The notes beneath the pieces were generated by a model that was not told where the DNA came from, searched no databases, and saw only the letters and a list, made by a program, of their open reading frames with translations. A stretch of DNA of 59,716 nucleotides from Nitrospirota bacterium. GTDB lineage: Bacteria; JACPQY01. The DNA lies in NCBI GenBank assembly GCA_016180645.1, contig JACPAV010000022.1, forward strand, positions 1 through 59,716, written 5' to 3'. The translations under genes and the position numbers were made by a program. This document shows positions 36,813 through 46,352 of this stretch, one piece after another. The stretch's first letter is position 1, and the number at the start of each line of letters is the position of its first letter.

Positions 36813-37474
36813 AACGTTGGATCGGCATTTTCTGCGCGGCGGCGCTAACCGTTTGGGCGGGACGAACCCCGGCGCAAGCTCAATCTCTCCTCTCGGCCGA
36901 AGGGACTCTCGTGCTGCAACGCGTTTCCGACCAAGGCTACCTGGCGTTCGACAACGACCGGTACCTCAGCGCCTATGGTGCGCGACTCAATGTTGCCCTA
37001 CCCGGCCTCCCGAAGGACCTGAAGCTGAACCTGGAATACGCTCGCGCCGATCAAAGGGGATCCCTCTTCGGTTCAATCCAAACCCGGATCCGTATGCATC
37101 AGGCCGACGCGGGGCTTCAGTATTCGCTGCGATGGACGCAATTTCTCCCGGAAACCCCCGAGTGGTTGGCGCCCGTCCATCGCCTCGGAAGGATTCTCGA
37201 ACTCTCTGCGCTGGCCGACGCCCAACTCGCCCGCGCGGAAGCAACATTTTCCGGGAACATCTCGCGATTTGAAGGGTCCGATCTTGGCGTGGCTTTCCGG
37301 CTTGCGGCAGGACCCTCGCTCGTCCTTCCCAAGGATCTCGTTCCTCTTTCCGTCAGCGCGCTCCTGCGCTATCACGCCGGTTACCGAAGCCAGAGCGACT
37401 TGAAACTGGGCCGGCCCGGAACCCTCTCCATCGGTGGTCTCTTCCACTCCCTCAGCCTCGGGATTTACTACTGA
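36809..37474 (+). CDS. Secreted small outer-membrane beta-barrel-like protein
   Basis: Signal peptide ending AQA; C-terminal LSLGIYY; ATGA overlap. Confidence 0.7.
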   Translation: MKRWIGIFCAAALTVWAGRTPAQAQSLLSAEGTLVLQRVSDQGYLAFDNDRYLSAYGARLNVALPGLPKDLKLNLEYARADQRGSLFGSIQTRIRMHQADAGLQYSLRWTQFLPETPEWLAPVHRLGRILELSALADAQLARAEATFSGNISRFEGSDLGVAFRLAAGPSLVLPKDLVPLSVSALLRYHAGYRSQSDLKLGRPGTLSIGGLFHSLSLGIYY

Positions 37475-37503
37475 CTCTCCCATCCCCGCGAACGCAGTCA
37501 GCC

Positions 37504-38232
37504 ATGGCCAGCCCCCTCTCAGCCGATTCAGCATCACGAGCCTTGCGAAAGCACGCGAGTCGCCGGAAATCCATCGTGCTGCAAAGCTTCTTCAAAACAG
37601 CCCCCGGCGAGTATGGCGAGGGAGATGTGTTCCTCGGTGTCACGGTACCGGGCACGCGTTCCGTCGCGAAGCCATTCCGCGATCTTCCGCTCGCCGAAAT
37701 CCGGAAACTCCTCCGCTCGAAGATTCACGAGGAACGGCTTCTCGCCCTCTTGATCCTCGTCGATCAATTCGCCCGAGCGGAAGCGCCGCTCCGCGAGAAG
37801 CTCTTTGATTTCTATGTCGCGAATCTCTCCCGCGTGAACAATTGGGATCTCGTAGATCTTTCCGCCGAGAGAATCATCGGTCCATGGCTCGCGGGAAGGA
37901 GCAAAACCCTTCTCTACACACTCGCCCGATCGCCTCGGCTCTGGGACAGGCGCGTGGCGATCCTATCCACGTTTCACTTCATCCGGAACCGCGATTTCAA
38001 AGACACACTCAAACTTGCGGAGGTGCTGCTCCGCGACAAAGAAGATCTCATGCACAAGGCGGTCGGCTGGATGCTCCGTGAGGTCGGAAACCGCAATCTC
38101 CCCACACTCGAACGATTTCTCCGCAGATACGCCCCCCGCATGCCCCGCACCATGCTCCGCTACGCCATCGAAAAGCTCCCCCCTTCCAAGCGGAAGCGCT
38201 ACATGTCTATGCGGACCCCACATAATCGGTGA
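37504..38232 (+). CDS. DNA alkylation repair protein (AlkD-like HEAT repeat)
   Basis: FFKTAPGEYGEGDVFLGV, NNWDLVD, LWDRR, DLMHKAVGWMLRE, MPRTMLRYAIEK. Confidence 0.9.
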   Translation: MASPLSADSASRALRKHASRRKSIVLQSFFKTAPGEYGEGDVFLGVTVPGTRSVAKPFRDLPLAEIRKLLRSKIHEERLLALLILVDQFARAEAPLREKLFDFYVANLSRVNNWDLVDLSAERIIGPWLAGRSKTLLYTLARSPRLWDRRVAILSTFHFIRNRDFKDTLKLAEVLLRDKEDLMHKAVGWMLREVGNRNLPTLERFLRRYAPRMPRTMLRYAIEKLPPSKRKRYMSMRTPHNR

Positions 38233-38279
38233 CAGTATACTCTAATAGGAGTCATTAGAGTATACTGTCACCGATTATG
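38221..38279. repeat. GGTGACAGTATACT palindrome (copy 2), containing the stop codons of both flanking genes
   Basis: 26-bp perfect arms CATAATCGGTGACAGTATACTCTAAT with a 7-nt loop. Confidence 0.92.
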
Positions 38280-39293
38280 CTGGAGGTTTCTCAGAATACT
38301 CGGATTCCGGATGTAGCCGTTTCTCGCAAACCAGACAAGAGAATCACGGATAGCGGTTTCGAGAGGGGTTTGAGGAAGGCCGAGTTCGCGAACGGCCTTG
38401 GAGCAATCGGCACGAAGCCCCATCGCGTTGACTTTCACTCCCGCGGGCGTGATGCGCGGCGGTTTGCGGGTCACATACTCGCTCATGATAAGGTCAAGGT
38501 GCGCCGCGGCCATTGCCACCGTCCGCGGAATCCGAATCACCGGCTTTCGAACTCCCGTGATGTTCATGACGATCTCCGAAAATTCGCTGAGGCTCAGGTT
38601 CTTCGATCCAAGTAGATAGCTCTCGCCCTTCCTCCCCTTCTTTGCCGCGAGAATGTGTCCCGCCGCTATGTCCCGTACGTCGCCCCAATTCGTATTGTTC
38701 TCAATGAGCGGGACGAAAGGCATCTCCACGGTCGCCAGAATCAGTTTACCCGTCGGCGTCGGACCCACGTCGCCGGGTCCCACCGGTCCCGTGGGGGCAA
38801 CAATGGAGACGTCAAGACCGTTCTTTGCAAATTCCCTCGCCACGAGGGTTCCCTCGTATTTGGAGATGGCGTACGCCTCTCCGGTGGCCGCGTAGGCAAA
38901 AGGGCTGTCTTCCGTCGCATCCTCGTCGATCCCCTGCCCACCGAACGCCGCTATCGAGCTGGTGTAGACAACCTTCTTTGCTCCCGCTTCACCCGCCGCG
39001 CGAAGGACGTTGCGGGCACCCTCCACGTTCACCTTACGCATGAGTTCCGGTTTCGGAAGCCAAAGGGCATAGATCGCGGCGAGATGGAAAACCCAATCGC
39101 ATCCCCGCACCGCATTCGCGACCGCGGCCGGATCGGTGATGTCCCCCACAATCCGCTCGACGTCCATGCCCGCGATATTCCGCAAGTCCTCCTTGAGCAG
39201 ATGGAGCACGCGCACATCTACTCCCTCGGCAAGAAGCAGGCGCACCACGTGCGAGCCGATGAACCCCCCACCACCGGTTACGAGTGCTCTCAC
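38268..39293 (-). CDS. NAD-dependent epimerase/dehydratase (HpnA/DFR-like extended SDR)
   Basis: ALVTGGGGFIGS, FHLAA, YTSS, YAISK, GPGDVGPTPTG. Confidence 0.9.
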   Translation of the reverse strand: MRALVTGGGGFIGSHVVRLLLAEGVDVRVLHLLKEDLRNIAGMDVERIVGDITDPAAVANAVRGCDWVFHLAAIYALWLPKPELMRKVNVEGARNVLRAAGEAGAKKVVYTSSIAAFGGQGIDEDATEDSPFAYAATGEAYAISKYEGTLVAREFAKNGLDVSIVAPTGPVGPGDVGPTPTGKLILATVEMPFVPLIENNTNWGDVRDIAAGHILAAKKGRKGESYLLGSKNLSLSEFSEIVMNITGVRKPVIRIPRTVAMAAAHLDLIMSEYVTRKPPRITPAGVKVNAMGLRADCSKAVRELGLPQTPLETAIRDSLVWFARNGYIRNPSILRNLQHNR

Positions 39294-39337
39294 AAAACCT
39301 TCACCCCCACCTTCTCCCTTCTCACTGAAGAACTTCC

Positions 39338-39413
39338 GTCATGGCGAGCGACCGAAGGGAGCGCGGCAATCCCAGACCCAGATTGCTTCGTCGCTGACGC
39401 TCCTCGCAATGAC
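39338..39413. repeat. GTCATTGCGA/TCGCAATGAC palindromic repeat (copy 2)
   Basis: GTCATGGCGAGCGACCGAAGGGAGCGCGGCAATC...GATTGCTTCGTCGCTGACGCTCCTCGCAATGAC. Confidence 0.7.
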
Positions 39414-39446
39414 ATCTGCGGTGCAGCCCGCGTTTGGAAGAATTCC

Positions 39447-40265
39447 CTACGCATTCACCAACATCAGCTTCCTGTAGTAGAAATGGAACACGCCCCACCG
39501 GCTGATCCCGAGAGCGTAGATCACCATGATCGCAACGGCTCCCCCCAGAATCCATCCCAACCAATGGATGAGGAGGCTCGACACAATCGCCGCGCCGAGC
39601 GAAGCGAGAAACATCGCGCCGGAGACAATCCGGATCACGCGCCCCTGACTCATCCGCGCCGCCCGGGCCTGATCCACGGAGGAATCGAGCTTGTAGCCGG
39701 ACCTCTGCCACTTCGCCATCCAGCCGAAGAGCAGCGGCATCATGATGACGCCCATCACGGCCAGCGTGATCGCCACGTCCGACGTGAACCAGTCCGTCAC
39801 GTTCGACCCCTGCCAATTCAGGAATTTCTCGTGATTGGACGAGAAGAACCGTTTGTAACCTGCCCCGTCCCATCCGTGCACGAGGATGAAGAACATGCAG
39901 AAGTACCCCGCGATGAGTTGGAGGAACGCCGCGTAGAGTTTCCGCTTCATGATGAGCGTATACGCCACGAAGAATCCAAGAATACCCTGCGTCACGTTCG
40001 TGGTGGTGAACAGGGTGACAAGCCAAGCGGGGAGGTCATCCCGGCTCCTCGCGACCTGCATCGTTTCCCAATCGGGAAACGCCCAGAGCAAATAGGCACC
40101 GGACGGAACGAAGAACACCGCAAGAAAAAACAAGGTCTTCATGAAAAATGCGTTCCGGAACGGCGTGCCGTTGTTTTCCTCCCGTTCTTTCAACAGTTGT
40201 CGCGAGGCGGCAACGGCGAACCCCGCGCCGAGCGCGTAGGACCAAAAGACGTCTACCTGGACCAT
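39447..40265 (-). CDS. Multi-pass membrane protein of unknown function
   Basis: SD AAGGAGG then MVQVDVFWSY; about 7 TM segments; FPDWETM and HGWDGAGY motifs. Confidence 0.75.
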   Translation of the reverse strand: MVQVDVFWSYALGAGFAVAASRQLLKEREENNGTPFRNAFFMKTLFFLAVFFVPSGAYLLWAFPDWETMQVARSRDDLPAWLVTLFTTTNVTQGILGFFVAYTLIMKRKLYAAFLQLIAGYFCMFFILVHGWDGAGYKRFFSSNHEKFLNWQGSNVTDWFTSDVAITLAVMGVIMMPLLFGWMAKWQRSGYKLDSSVDQARAARMSQGRVIRIVSGAMFLASLGAAIVSSLLIHWLGWILGGAVAIMVIYALGISRWGVFHFYYRKLMLVNA

Positions 40266-40285
40266 GTCAACCTCCTTCGATTGTG

Positions 40286-41494
40286 TTATGCGGCGATTTT
40301 CGCATTGACTTGGGGATCGTAGCAGTCGACCGGGTGAACTCCCGCTCGGGCGATACATTCATTGCAGAATGAGCACGCCTGGATCGGCCTGCCGTCGCGA
40401 ATCTTCTCCGGCAGCGCGGGGTCCGCAATCAGCGCCCGACCCATACTGACCATGTCGCACTCGCCGTTGCCGATCGCCCGCTCCATGGCGTCACCGTGCT
40501 GAAAACCGCCTACGCAGAGGATGGGGACATTCAACTTCTGTTTGAACACGCGGCTGTATTTCAGGTTGAAGCCTTCGTAATACGCGAACATCCGGTTCGC
40601 GAAGGGGACCAGCAGCGGGGCGCCGACCCTGAACAACGCCGGGAGATGCCGTCCCAGTCCTTCACGGACCAGCGAACGCAGCGGCGCCTTGCCGCGGATC
40701 ATGGGCTGACCGGATTGGTAGTGCCCACACGTCACTTCAATCCCATCGACCCCCTCCTCCTGCATGATTCGGGCCACTTCGAGCGACTCCTCCAGCGTGA
40801 AGACCTTCCGGTATGGCAAACAATCCTCGGCGTTCAGCTTGAGGATGAGCGCGAAGCCCGGGCCGGCGCGCTTCCGCGTTTCCCGGCACGTTTCGAGAAG
40901 AAGCCTCATCCTGTTTTCCAGACTGCCTCCGTACTCGTCCGTGCGGCGATTCGTATACGGGGAGAGGAACTGCGAAATCAGATAGCCGTGCCCCGCGTGG
41001 ATCTGAACGCCGTCAAAACCCGCCTCTCGCGCCCGTCGGGCGCCCTCGGCAAAATCCGCCACGATGCCCCGGATCTCATCGGTCCGCAGCGGGCGCGGTT
41101 TCGTGCGCATGAGCAACTCGCGGACGTCGCTTGCGGACACGGCCTCCTTGAGACCGACCGCGCTGGGAAACACCTGCCTTCCGCAGTGATTGACCTGCAT
41201 GAGGGAGCGGACGTCGTGTTTCCGGAGCAAATCGGTGAATCGACGCCAGCCCGGAATGCGCTCATCGCGGTCGATTCCGCCCTGTTTCGGCGTGGATTGC
41301 CCTTCCCGGCCGGCATAGACGTTCCCCGTAATAATCAGCCCCACGCCCCCTTTTACGAGCGGCTCATACCACTCCAGATAGGAATCGGTCACCTCCCCGG
41401 CGTCGGATGCCCTCGTCTCGGAGGTGGCCGTCTTCGCGACCCGGTTCTTGACTCGCATCGGCCCGATCGATACCGGCTCAAACAATTTCGACAT
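40286..41494 (-). CDS. NADH:flavin oxidoreductase (Old Yellow Enzyme family)
   Basis: MSKLFEP..IG...KNR; AGFDGVQIHAGHGYLISQFLSPYTNRRTDEYGGSLENR; MGRALIADP; CSFCNEC. Confidence 0.93.
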   Translation of the reverse strand: MSKLFEPVSIGPMRVKNRVAKTATSETRASDAGEVTDSYLEWYEPLVKGGVGLIITGNVYAGREGQSTPKQGGIDRDERIPGWRRFTDLLRKHDVRSLMQVNHCGRQVFPSAVGLKEAVSASDVRELLMRTKPRPLRTDEIRGIVADFAEGARRAREAGFDGVQIHAGHGYLISQFLSPYTNRRTDEYGGSLENRMRLLLETCRETRKRAGPGFALILKLNAEDCLPYRKVFTLEESLEVARIMQEEGVDGIEVTCGHYQSGQPMIRGKAPLRSLVREGLGRHLPALFRVGAPLLVPFANRMFAYYEGFNLKYSRVFKQKLNVPILCVGGFQHGDAMERAIGNGECDMVSMGRALIADPALPEKIRDGRPIQACSFCNECIARAGVHPVDCYDPQVNAKIAA

Positions 41495-41498
41495 GCCG

Positions 41499-42566
41499 CT
41501 ACACCTCCATCTCCCAGAGCAGACAATCGCGCTTCGGCCACGGCGGCCTCGCGACGTCGAACGGGTAGAACTCCCCGCCAATGATCTTCCCACCCGCGCA
41601 AGCCAGATCATGGAGGTGGTGGCAGTCCACACCGTTCGCCGAGATCCGGCCCAGCACATCAACTTTCGCCGAGGCCGGATCGATGCGGACAAGATCGACT
41701 TTCCCCACGCCCGTGGCCGCGTACACTTCCCCCTTTGCCCCAACGCACAGACCGCTCGCCCGCGTCGAGGCATGCCCGGACGGCAGCAACCGCAATGTTC
41801 GCCGTTCGAGATCCACCACGAACAGCCGCGCGCGGTTTCTCGTCCCACCCACCAGGTAATGCGGCGGAGCGAAAACCAAGCCGTCGATCCCGGGAGCCGC
41901 GCTCTCTCCGACGAAGCCGTCTTCCAAGGAGCCAAGACGCTCCGACCGACCCGACGAATCCATCAGGAATGCGTCGCCTCTCGTATCGGATAGGAGAACA
42001 TCGCCCTGCGGCCCCGCGCACGCCTGGTGGACGAAGCCCTTCAAAGATGGAATCGACCCCGCGCTCCGCCCCTGATCATCGATGAACAGAATCCCATCCG
42101 GCGAGAGGCGGACGAATCGTTTTCTCGGGGCATCCCACGAGAGATCAATTTGCAGAAAAGGGTACTTGCCGACCAGTTCCCACTGGCCCGCGGCATCGCG
42201 CTTGATCAGGCAGGCCGACATGAAACGTCGACCGAACCATCTCGCCGATGCGAAGAGGGTGAGGAAGGAACGAGTGGAAAATGGGCCACGGTGCGCACGA
42301 GCCATGTACAGACCCCCACCCATCATCCTCGTCGCCGCCACGTAGGTCTCCCCATCCGGCGTTTCCACGATGGATCGGTGAATGTAAATGGCGCCTTTTA
42401 GAAGGCCGCCGGCGGCGTCGTGTTCGAATGATCCAGAGTTGGGATCGAACCGCCAAAGATGTCGAGGTGTATTGGAGAGGGAAACCCAAACGTGGCCGGA
42501 TTTCGAGGCGGCCACGCCGCCGATCATCGCCCGCTTCTCAGGGAGGGGATGCGCTTTGACCTTCAC
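41499..42566 (-). CDS. Hypothetical beta-propeller-like protein
   Basis: Long ORF coupled to its neighbours by overlap and short gap; blade-like repeats (LWRFDPNSG, LVRIDPAS). Confidence 0.6.
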   Translation of the reverse strand: MKVKAHPLPEKRAMIGGVAASKSGHVWVSLSNTPRHLWRFDPNSGSFEHDAAGGLLKGAIYIHRSIVETPDGETYVAATRMMGGGLYMARAHRGPFSTRSFLTLFASARWFGRRFMSACLIKRDAAGQWELVGKYPFLQIDLSWDAPRKRFVRLSPDGILFIDDQGRSAGSIPSLKGFVHQACAGPQGDVLLSDTRGDAFLMDSSGRSERLGSLEDGFVGESAAPGIDGLVFAPPHYLVGGTRNRARLFVVDLERRTLRLLPSGHASTRASGLCVGAKGEVYAATGVGKVDLVRIDPASAKVDVLGRISANGVDCHHLHDLACAGGKIIGGEFYPFDVARPPWPKRDCLLWEMEV

Positions 42567-43033
42567 GACCTTTTCCCCTCACCTTCCTTCTTCGGCATGA
42601 CCACTTTGTAGGAGAGCGATCCGTCCGCAACGAGTTTCCCGTCCGGCGTTCGAACCTCGACATACAGAAAAATGATGCTGCGGCCTCGTCGCCGCACCTC
42701 CGCCTCGGCGATGCAGTCCTGCCGGATCACGGCGTCCATGAAATGCGTATGGAGATCGATGGTGAGCAGCCGCTCCGGCGGTTCGGGCAGTCCCGAGATG
42801 ATGGCCATGACGACCACCGTGTCGATCAGGCTGACGATCGCTCCCCCGTGCATGATGCCCGCCGGCTGATTCAGTTCCGGACGATAAGGGAGCCGCATTC
42901 GCGCATAGTCGCGCCGCACCTCCTCCGTCTTGAGGCCGAGAAACGCCGGGAACGGGGCCAACCCCATTCGTTCCTTGATCACCGCCTCTACCTCAGAGGG
43001 CAGAGCTTCGTGTTCGGCTGCGCTAATCCGCAT
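42563..43033 (-). CDS. PaaI family (hotdog) thioesterase
   Basis: FLG...LNQPAGIMHGGAIVSLID; TIDL; RRGRSI. Confidence 0.92.
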   Translation of the reverse strand: MRISAAEHEALPSEVEAVIKERMGLAPFPAFLGLKTEEVRRDYARMRLPYRPELNQPAGIMHGGAIVSLIDTVVVMAIISGLPEPPERLLTIDLHTHFMDAVIRQDCIAEAEVRRRGRSIIFLYVEVRTPDGKLVADGSLSYKVVMPKKEGEGKRS

Positions 43034-43111
43034 GCTTCGACTCCTTCTTCCGACCTGCCCCCGCCGCTCCTCTGAGCACGTTGTAGACGCCCTGCCCGGT
43101 GTAGTGTGGGT

Positions 43112-43714
43112 TCATGCCGCCACTCCTTCGAACATCAGCGGGATGACGGCCCGCATCCATTCCTGCGCCGCGCGCGGTCGGTCCGCCGAAACCGCAATGC
43201 GCCTCACGGCCTCGAAGATGATGGCGTTCAGCGCCAGCGCCGTCGTCTTCGTATCAAGGCCGGACTTCAAGAACCCCTTCTCCTTCCCGTTCCGCAAATA
43301 CCGCTCCGTGAATTCGCCGAAGAGGTCCATCGCGTTCTGAATTTTCCGGTTCAGCGACTCATCGATTCCCAGCGCCTCATAGAAGATCAGTTTGGACAGA
43401 TAAGGATCCTCCATGAAAAGCGTAAACAGCTTGCCCCCAAGGCGTTCGACCTGGGCGCGGTACTCCGACACCGTGTTTGTAGCCGACGGATCTTCGCTCG
43501 CCACCACTTTCGCAATTCTTTGAATGACCTCTTCGATGACGTGATTGAAAATATCGAGCTTGTTCCGGAAGTAACGGTAGAACGTGCCGTGCCCCATTCG
43601 CAGTTTCGACGCGATGGTCGCGATGTTCGCCGCGTGATAGCCCTTCTCCGCGAAAATCTTTTCCGCCGCCGAGAGGATCTGAGTCCTTCTTTTATCCACT
43701 ATTTCATTTCTCAT
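43112..43714 (-). CDS. TetR/AcrR family regulator
   Basis: ILSAAEKIFAEKGYHAANIATIASKLRMGHGTFYRYFRNK. Confidence 0.93.
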   Translation of the reverse strand: MRNEIVDKRRTQILSAAEKIFAEKGYHAANIATIASKLRMGHGTFYRYFRNKLDIFNHVIEEVIQRIAKVVASEDPSATNTVSEYRAQVERLGGKLFTLFMEDPYLSKLIFYEALGIDESLNRKIQNAMDLFGEFTERYLRNGKEKGFLKSGLDTKTTALALNAIIFEAVRRIAVSADRPRAAQEWMRAVIPLMFEGVAA

Positions 43715-43732
43715 AATAGTACCTTACACGAT

Positions 43733-43771
43733 AATGATACGTCATTCTACACATAGACAGGTTGCTGTCAA
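43733..43771 (-). promoter_or_regulatory. Sigma70 promoter of the TetR operon with an overlapping palindromic operator
   Basis: TTGACA (43771-43766)-N16-TAGAAT (43749-43744); AATGA-TACG-TCATT at 43733-43746. Confidence 0.65.
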
Positions 43772-43833
43772 GCAGAATGTTTCAGGACCGCGCCTCAGTT
43801 GACACCATACACCGAACATAATACCCTCACACC

Positions 43834-44046
43834 ATGGCAGGGAGGGCACCCACCAAGGCGAAGCCTGCCGGAAAACCGGCGGAGGCCCCGCTCAAGTCCT
43901 TCACCACCACCTACCGCGCCCCACGTCCATCCAAAAAGAAAGAAGCGGAGTCAAAGATCCCCCGCTTCTGGCCCGTCCTCGCCTACCTCGGCTCCGCCGT
44001 CATTTTTCTTTCGGTCTACGCCAAGACACTCTCGAAGATTCGCTAG
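43834..44046 (+). CDS. Small basic protein with one C-terminal TM helix
   Basis: TTGACA-N17-TACCCT ends 6 nt before the ATG; hydrophobic FWPVLAYLGSAVIFLSVY. Confidence 0.5.
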   Translation: MAGRAPTKAKPAGKPAEAPLKSFTTTYRAPRPSKKKEAESKIPRFWPVLAYLGSAVIFLSVYAKTLSKIR

Positions 44047-44115
44047 ACCAGCCTTCGCACCCTCCACAGGTGGCAGATCGTTTACTTCCCGCCCGAAGCG
44101 ATCTACACTCACAAC

Positions 44116-44511
44116 GTGGGAAAACCTATCCGGGAAGTTGTCATCAGTACCCCTGATCGCAAGAAGAGGTCGGTTCCCGCACTGTTCGATTCAGGCGCCT
44201 TCCACACGATCCTGCGTTCGGATTGCCTGCCCTCGCCCGAGGCGCTCATCCGCTACCGCCCGGCTCGCAAGCTGGGCACAGCTCGGAAAGGCGCACGGGT
44301 CACCATCCTCGGCACCACTTATCTCGTGATTCAGATCGGCGACAAAATGATCGAAACAAGCGCCCTAGTTTCACCGGACCTCAGTCGCGAAATGGTCATC
44401 GGAGCCGAAGCGATGCAGGCGTGGGATATTTCCATCCGAAACTCGAACGGCAAGAGATCCATTTTCGTCCGCCACGACATGCGCGACCCGGACATCACCG
44501 AAGTCGCGTAG
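44116..44511 (+). CDS. Stand-alone retropepsin-like (clan AA) aspartyl protease
   Basis: ALFDSGA catalytic motif and MVIGAEAM. Confidence 0.8.
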   Translation: MGKPIREVVISTPDRKKRSVPALFDSGAFHTILRSDCLPSPEALIRYRPARKLGTARKGARVTILGTTYLVIQIGDKMIETSALVSPDLSREMVIGAEAMQAWDISIRNSNGKRSIFVRHDMRDPDITEVA

Positions 44512-44523
44512 CCCCCGCCTCGA

Positions 44524-46296
44524 TCAATAGCACTTCCTCCAATCGTCGCCTTTCGAGGCCCACGAGGGGCCCGGGTCGAGAAAGCATACGGACATTCGAC
44601 CCAGGCTGTGCATTATGGGTCTGAATTTGAACGCCCACCGTTCTCCGGCCTGCCATGGCTGGTAATTGCCGTTGGCCATCATGACTCGACCCTTTTCATC
44701 TACCGCGATCGAAGCCACACTCGAACTCGCGAAGTCATCCGGCTCGATGTAGCCCACGGCAACATCATCTCCTGAATCCACGGAAGTGCCCTTGTGGTCC
44801 AGGTAAACGAGGACTCCGACTCTATTCTCGTTCCCATCCAGGACTTCGCCGCCATAAGAACCTGTGCCGATCAGCAGTTCGTGATCGGACAACACCTGGA
44901 TTGCGGTGATCCAATCCGACACGTCTTTCCTCCCCGGAAAATACGAGGAGGGACGGATGTGGGACCATCGGTCGTCCTCGCTGACAAAAGGCGTGCCCGC
45001 CGGATCGAGCACAAAGATTCCGACGTCCGACCCCACCCACACGACTCCCTTGGAATCCACGGAAATGCGCGTGAGCAGATCCGTGCTGAGCAGTGAATTT
45101 CCCGGGTTGAACGAATAGGATTCCTCGACCCTCAAACCGCCGGTCGACGACCGCCCGAGCCTCAGCGCGGCGAACCCATCCACTCCACCCGCCGGATCCT
45201 TCTTCTCGTCTGTCGAGGCGACCCAAACCGTGCCGTCCGGCCCGACATCGGCATCGACCACATCCGGATCGCTGGGGTGTTCAACGTGCGAGGACCTGTC
45301 TTCTGCCGTCACCGCCGGATCGCCGTATTCAAGGAGGGTCGCCCCCTGCTGAAAACCGCCGATCAGCATGGCTCCGGGCGCGTAGGGACGGATGGACGCA
45401 ATCGGCAAGACGATATTGCCACCCCTCAGGAGCTTCCTACCGGCAGCGTCGATCGCCGCGTAGCCCTGAGCCAGAGTCCCGACCCACACGGAATCCTGCT
45501 CCCCGGCGGTAAGCACCGTAACGGACTCTCCCAGCGAGACTTCCGAGAACAACCCCCCGCCGCTGCTCGCCATCAGATCCCTCAGTGAAAACTCTTTTCG
45601 CGTCCCCCAATCGAGCTGTCCGAATTCCGGCATGGGCACACGCGCAACCCCGCGCGTCGCCGTTCCCATCCAAACGTCGCTCTTGGAACCAAAGATCGCG
45701 GCCGTCACGGGGAAATAGGTGCCTACCTTGATATCCAGCGGAAAAACCGCATCAGACGCCTGTTCCCGGAACTCCAATCGCAGGAGGTGTGCTCCCGTCG
45801 GAAACCGGTCGCCATTCACATCCATGCCGAGAAACATCACCGTTCGCACCCCGGCCTTAGCCCGGTCCGGACGAATCCATACGCGCATGTCCAGCCCGGA
45901 TAGCCCCACCGATTCCTCTCCCGCGGACACCGCCCAGCCGTCCTCAATCGGAACGGGACTGAACGGCAACTCGCGACCGTCAAGGAACATCCCGACCGAT
46001 TCCACTCCGCTGGGCCAAATCGCGAGGTCCACTCCCGTTCTCCTCCACATGGGAAACCCGATCTCATTGGGACATGACACGCACCAATGCAGATCGGGAG
46101 TCCGGACGCCCACAAAGAGACCCGCCTCATCGATCCGGCTTGATTCTCGTTCTCCACCGCTGACGTAGAAGGGTTCCGCCGACGGCTCCGTTGAGGCGCG
46201 GTTCGAGCAAGACCCTTGCAACAGCAGAGTAAGCGCGACCGCTGAATGCACCCAGACTCCGCGCTGCCGTTGACCACCTCTCCCCACGCCGGCCAC
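44524..46296 (-). CDS. Secreted/lipoprotein with two-component-regulator-type beta-propeller repeats
   Basis: Signal LLLQGSC; repeated VWMGT..GV, VWVGTL.QG, VWVGSDVGI, SIAVDEKG. Confidence 0.65.
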   Translation of the reverse strand: MAGVGRGGQRQRGVWVHSAVALTLLLQGSCSNRASTEPSAEPFYVSGGERESSRIDEAGLFVGVRTPDLHWCVSCPNEIGFPMWRRTGVDLAIWPSGVESVGMFLDGRELPFSPVPIEDGWAVSAGEESVGLSGLDMRVWIRPDRAKAGVRTVMFLGMDVNGDRFPTGAHLLRLEFREQASDAVFPLDIKVGTYFPVTAAIFGSKSDVWMGTATRGVARVPMPEFGQLDWGTRKEFSLRDLMASSGGGLFSEVSLGESVTVLTAGEQDSVWVGTLAQGYAAIDAAGRKLLRGGNIVLPIASIRPYAPGAMLIGGFQQGATLLEYGDPAVTAEDRSSHVEHPSDPDVVDADVGPDGTVWVASTDEKKDPAGGVDGFAALRLGRSSTGGLRVEESYSFNPGNSLLSTDLLTRISVDSKGVVWVGSDVGIFVLDPAGTPFVSEDDRWSHIRPSSYFPGRKDVSDWITAIQVLSDHELLIGTGSYGGEVLDGNENRVGVLVYLDHKGTSVDSGDDVAVGYIEPDDFASSSVASIAVDEKGRVMMANGNYQPWQAGERWAFKFRPIMHSLGRMSVCFLDPGPSWASKGDDWRKCY

Positions 46297-46352
46297 TCTA
46301 CCATGCGAATGCCCTGCGTGACAGGGAACTGCGTATCGGCGATAATCGATCC

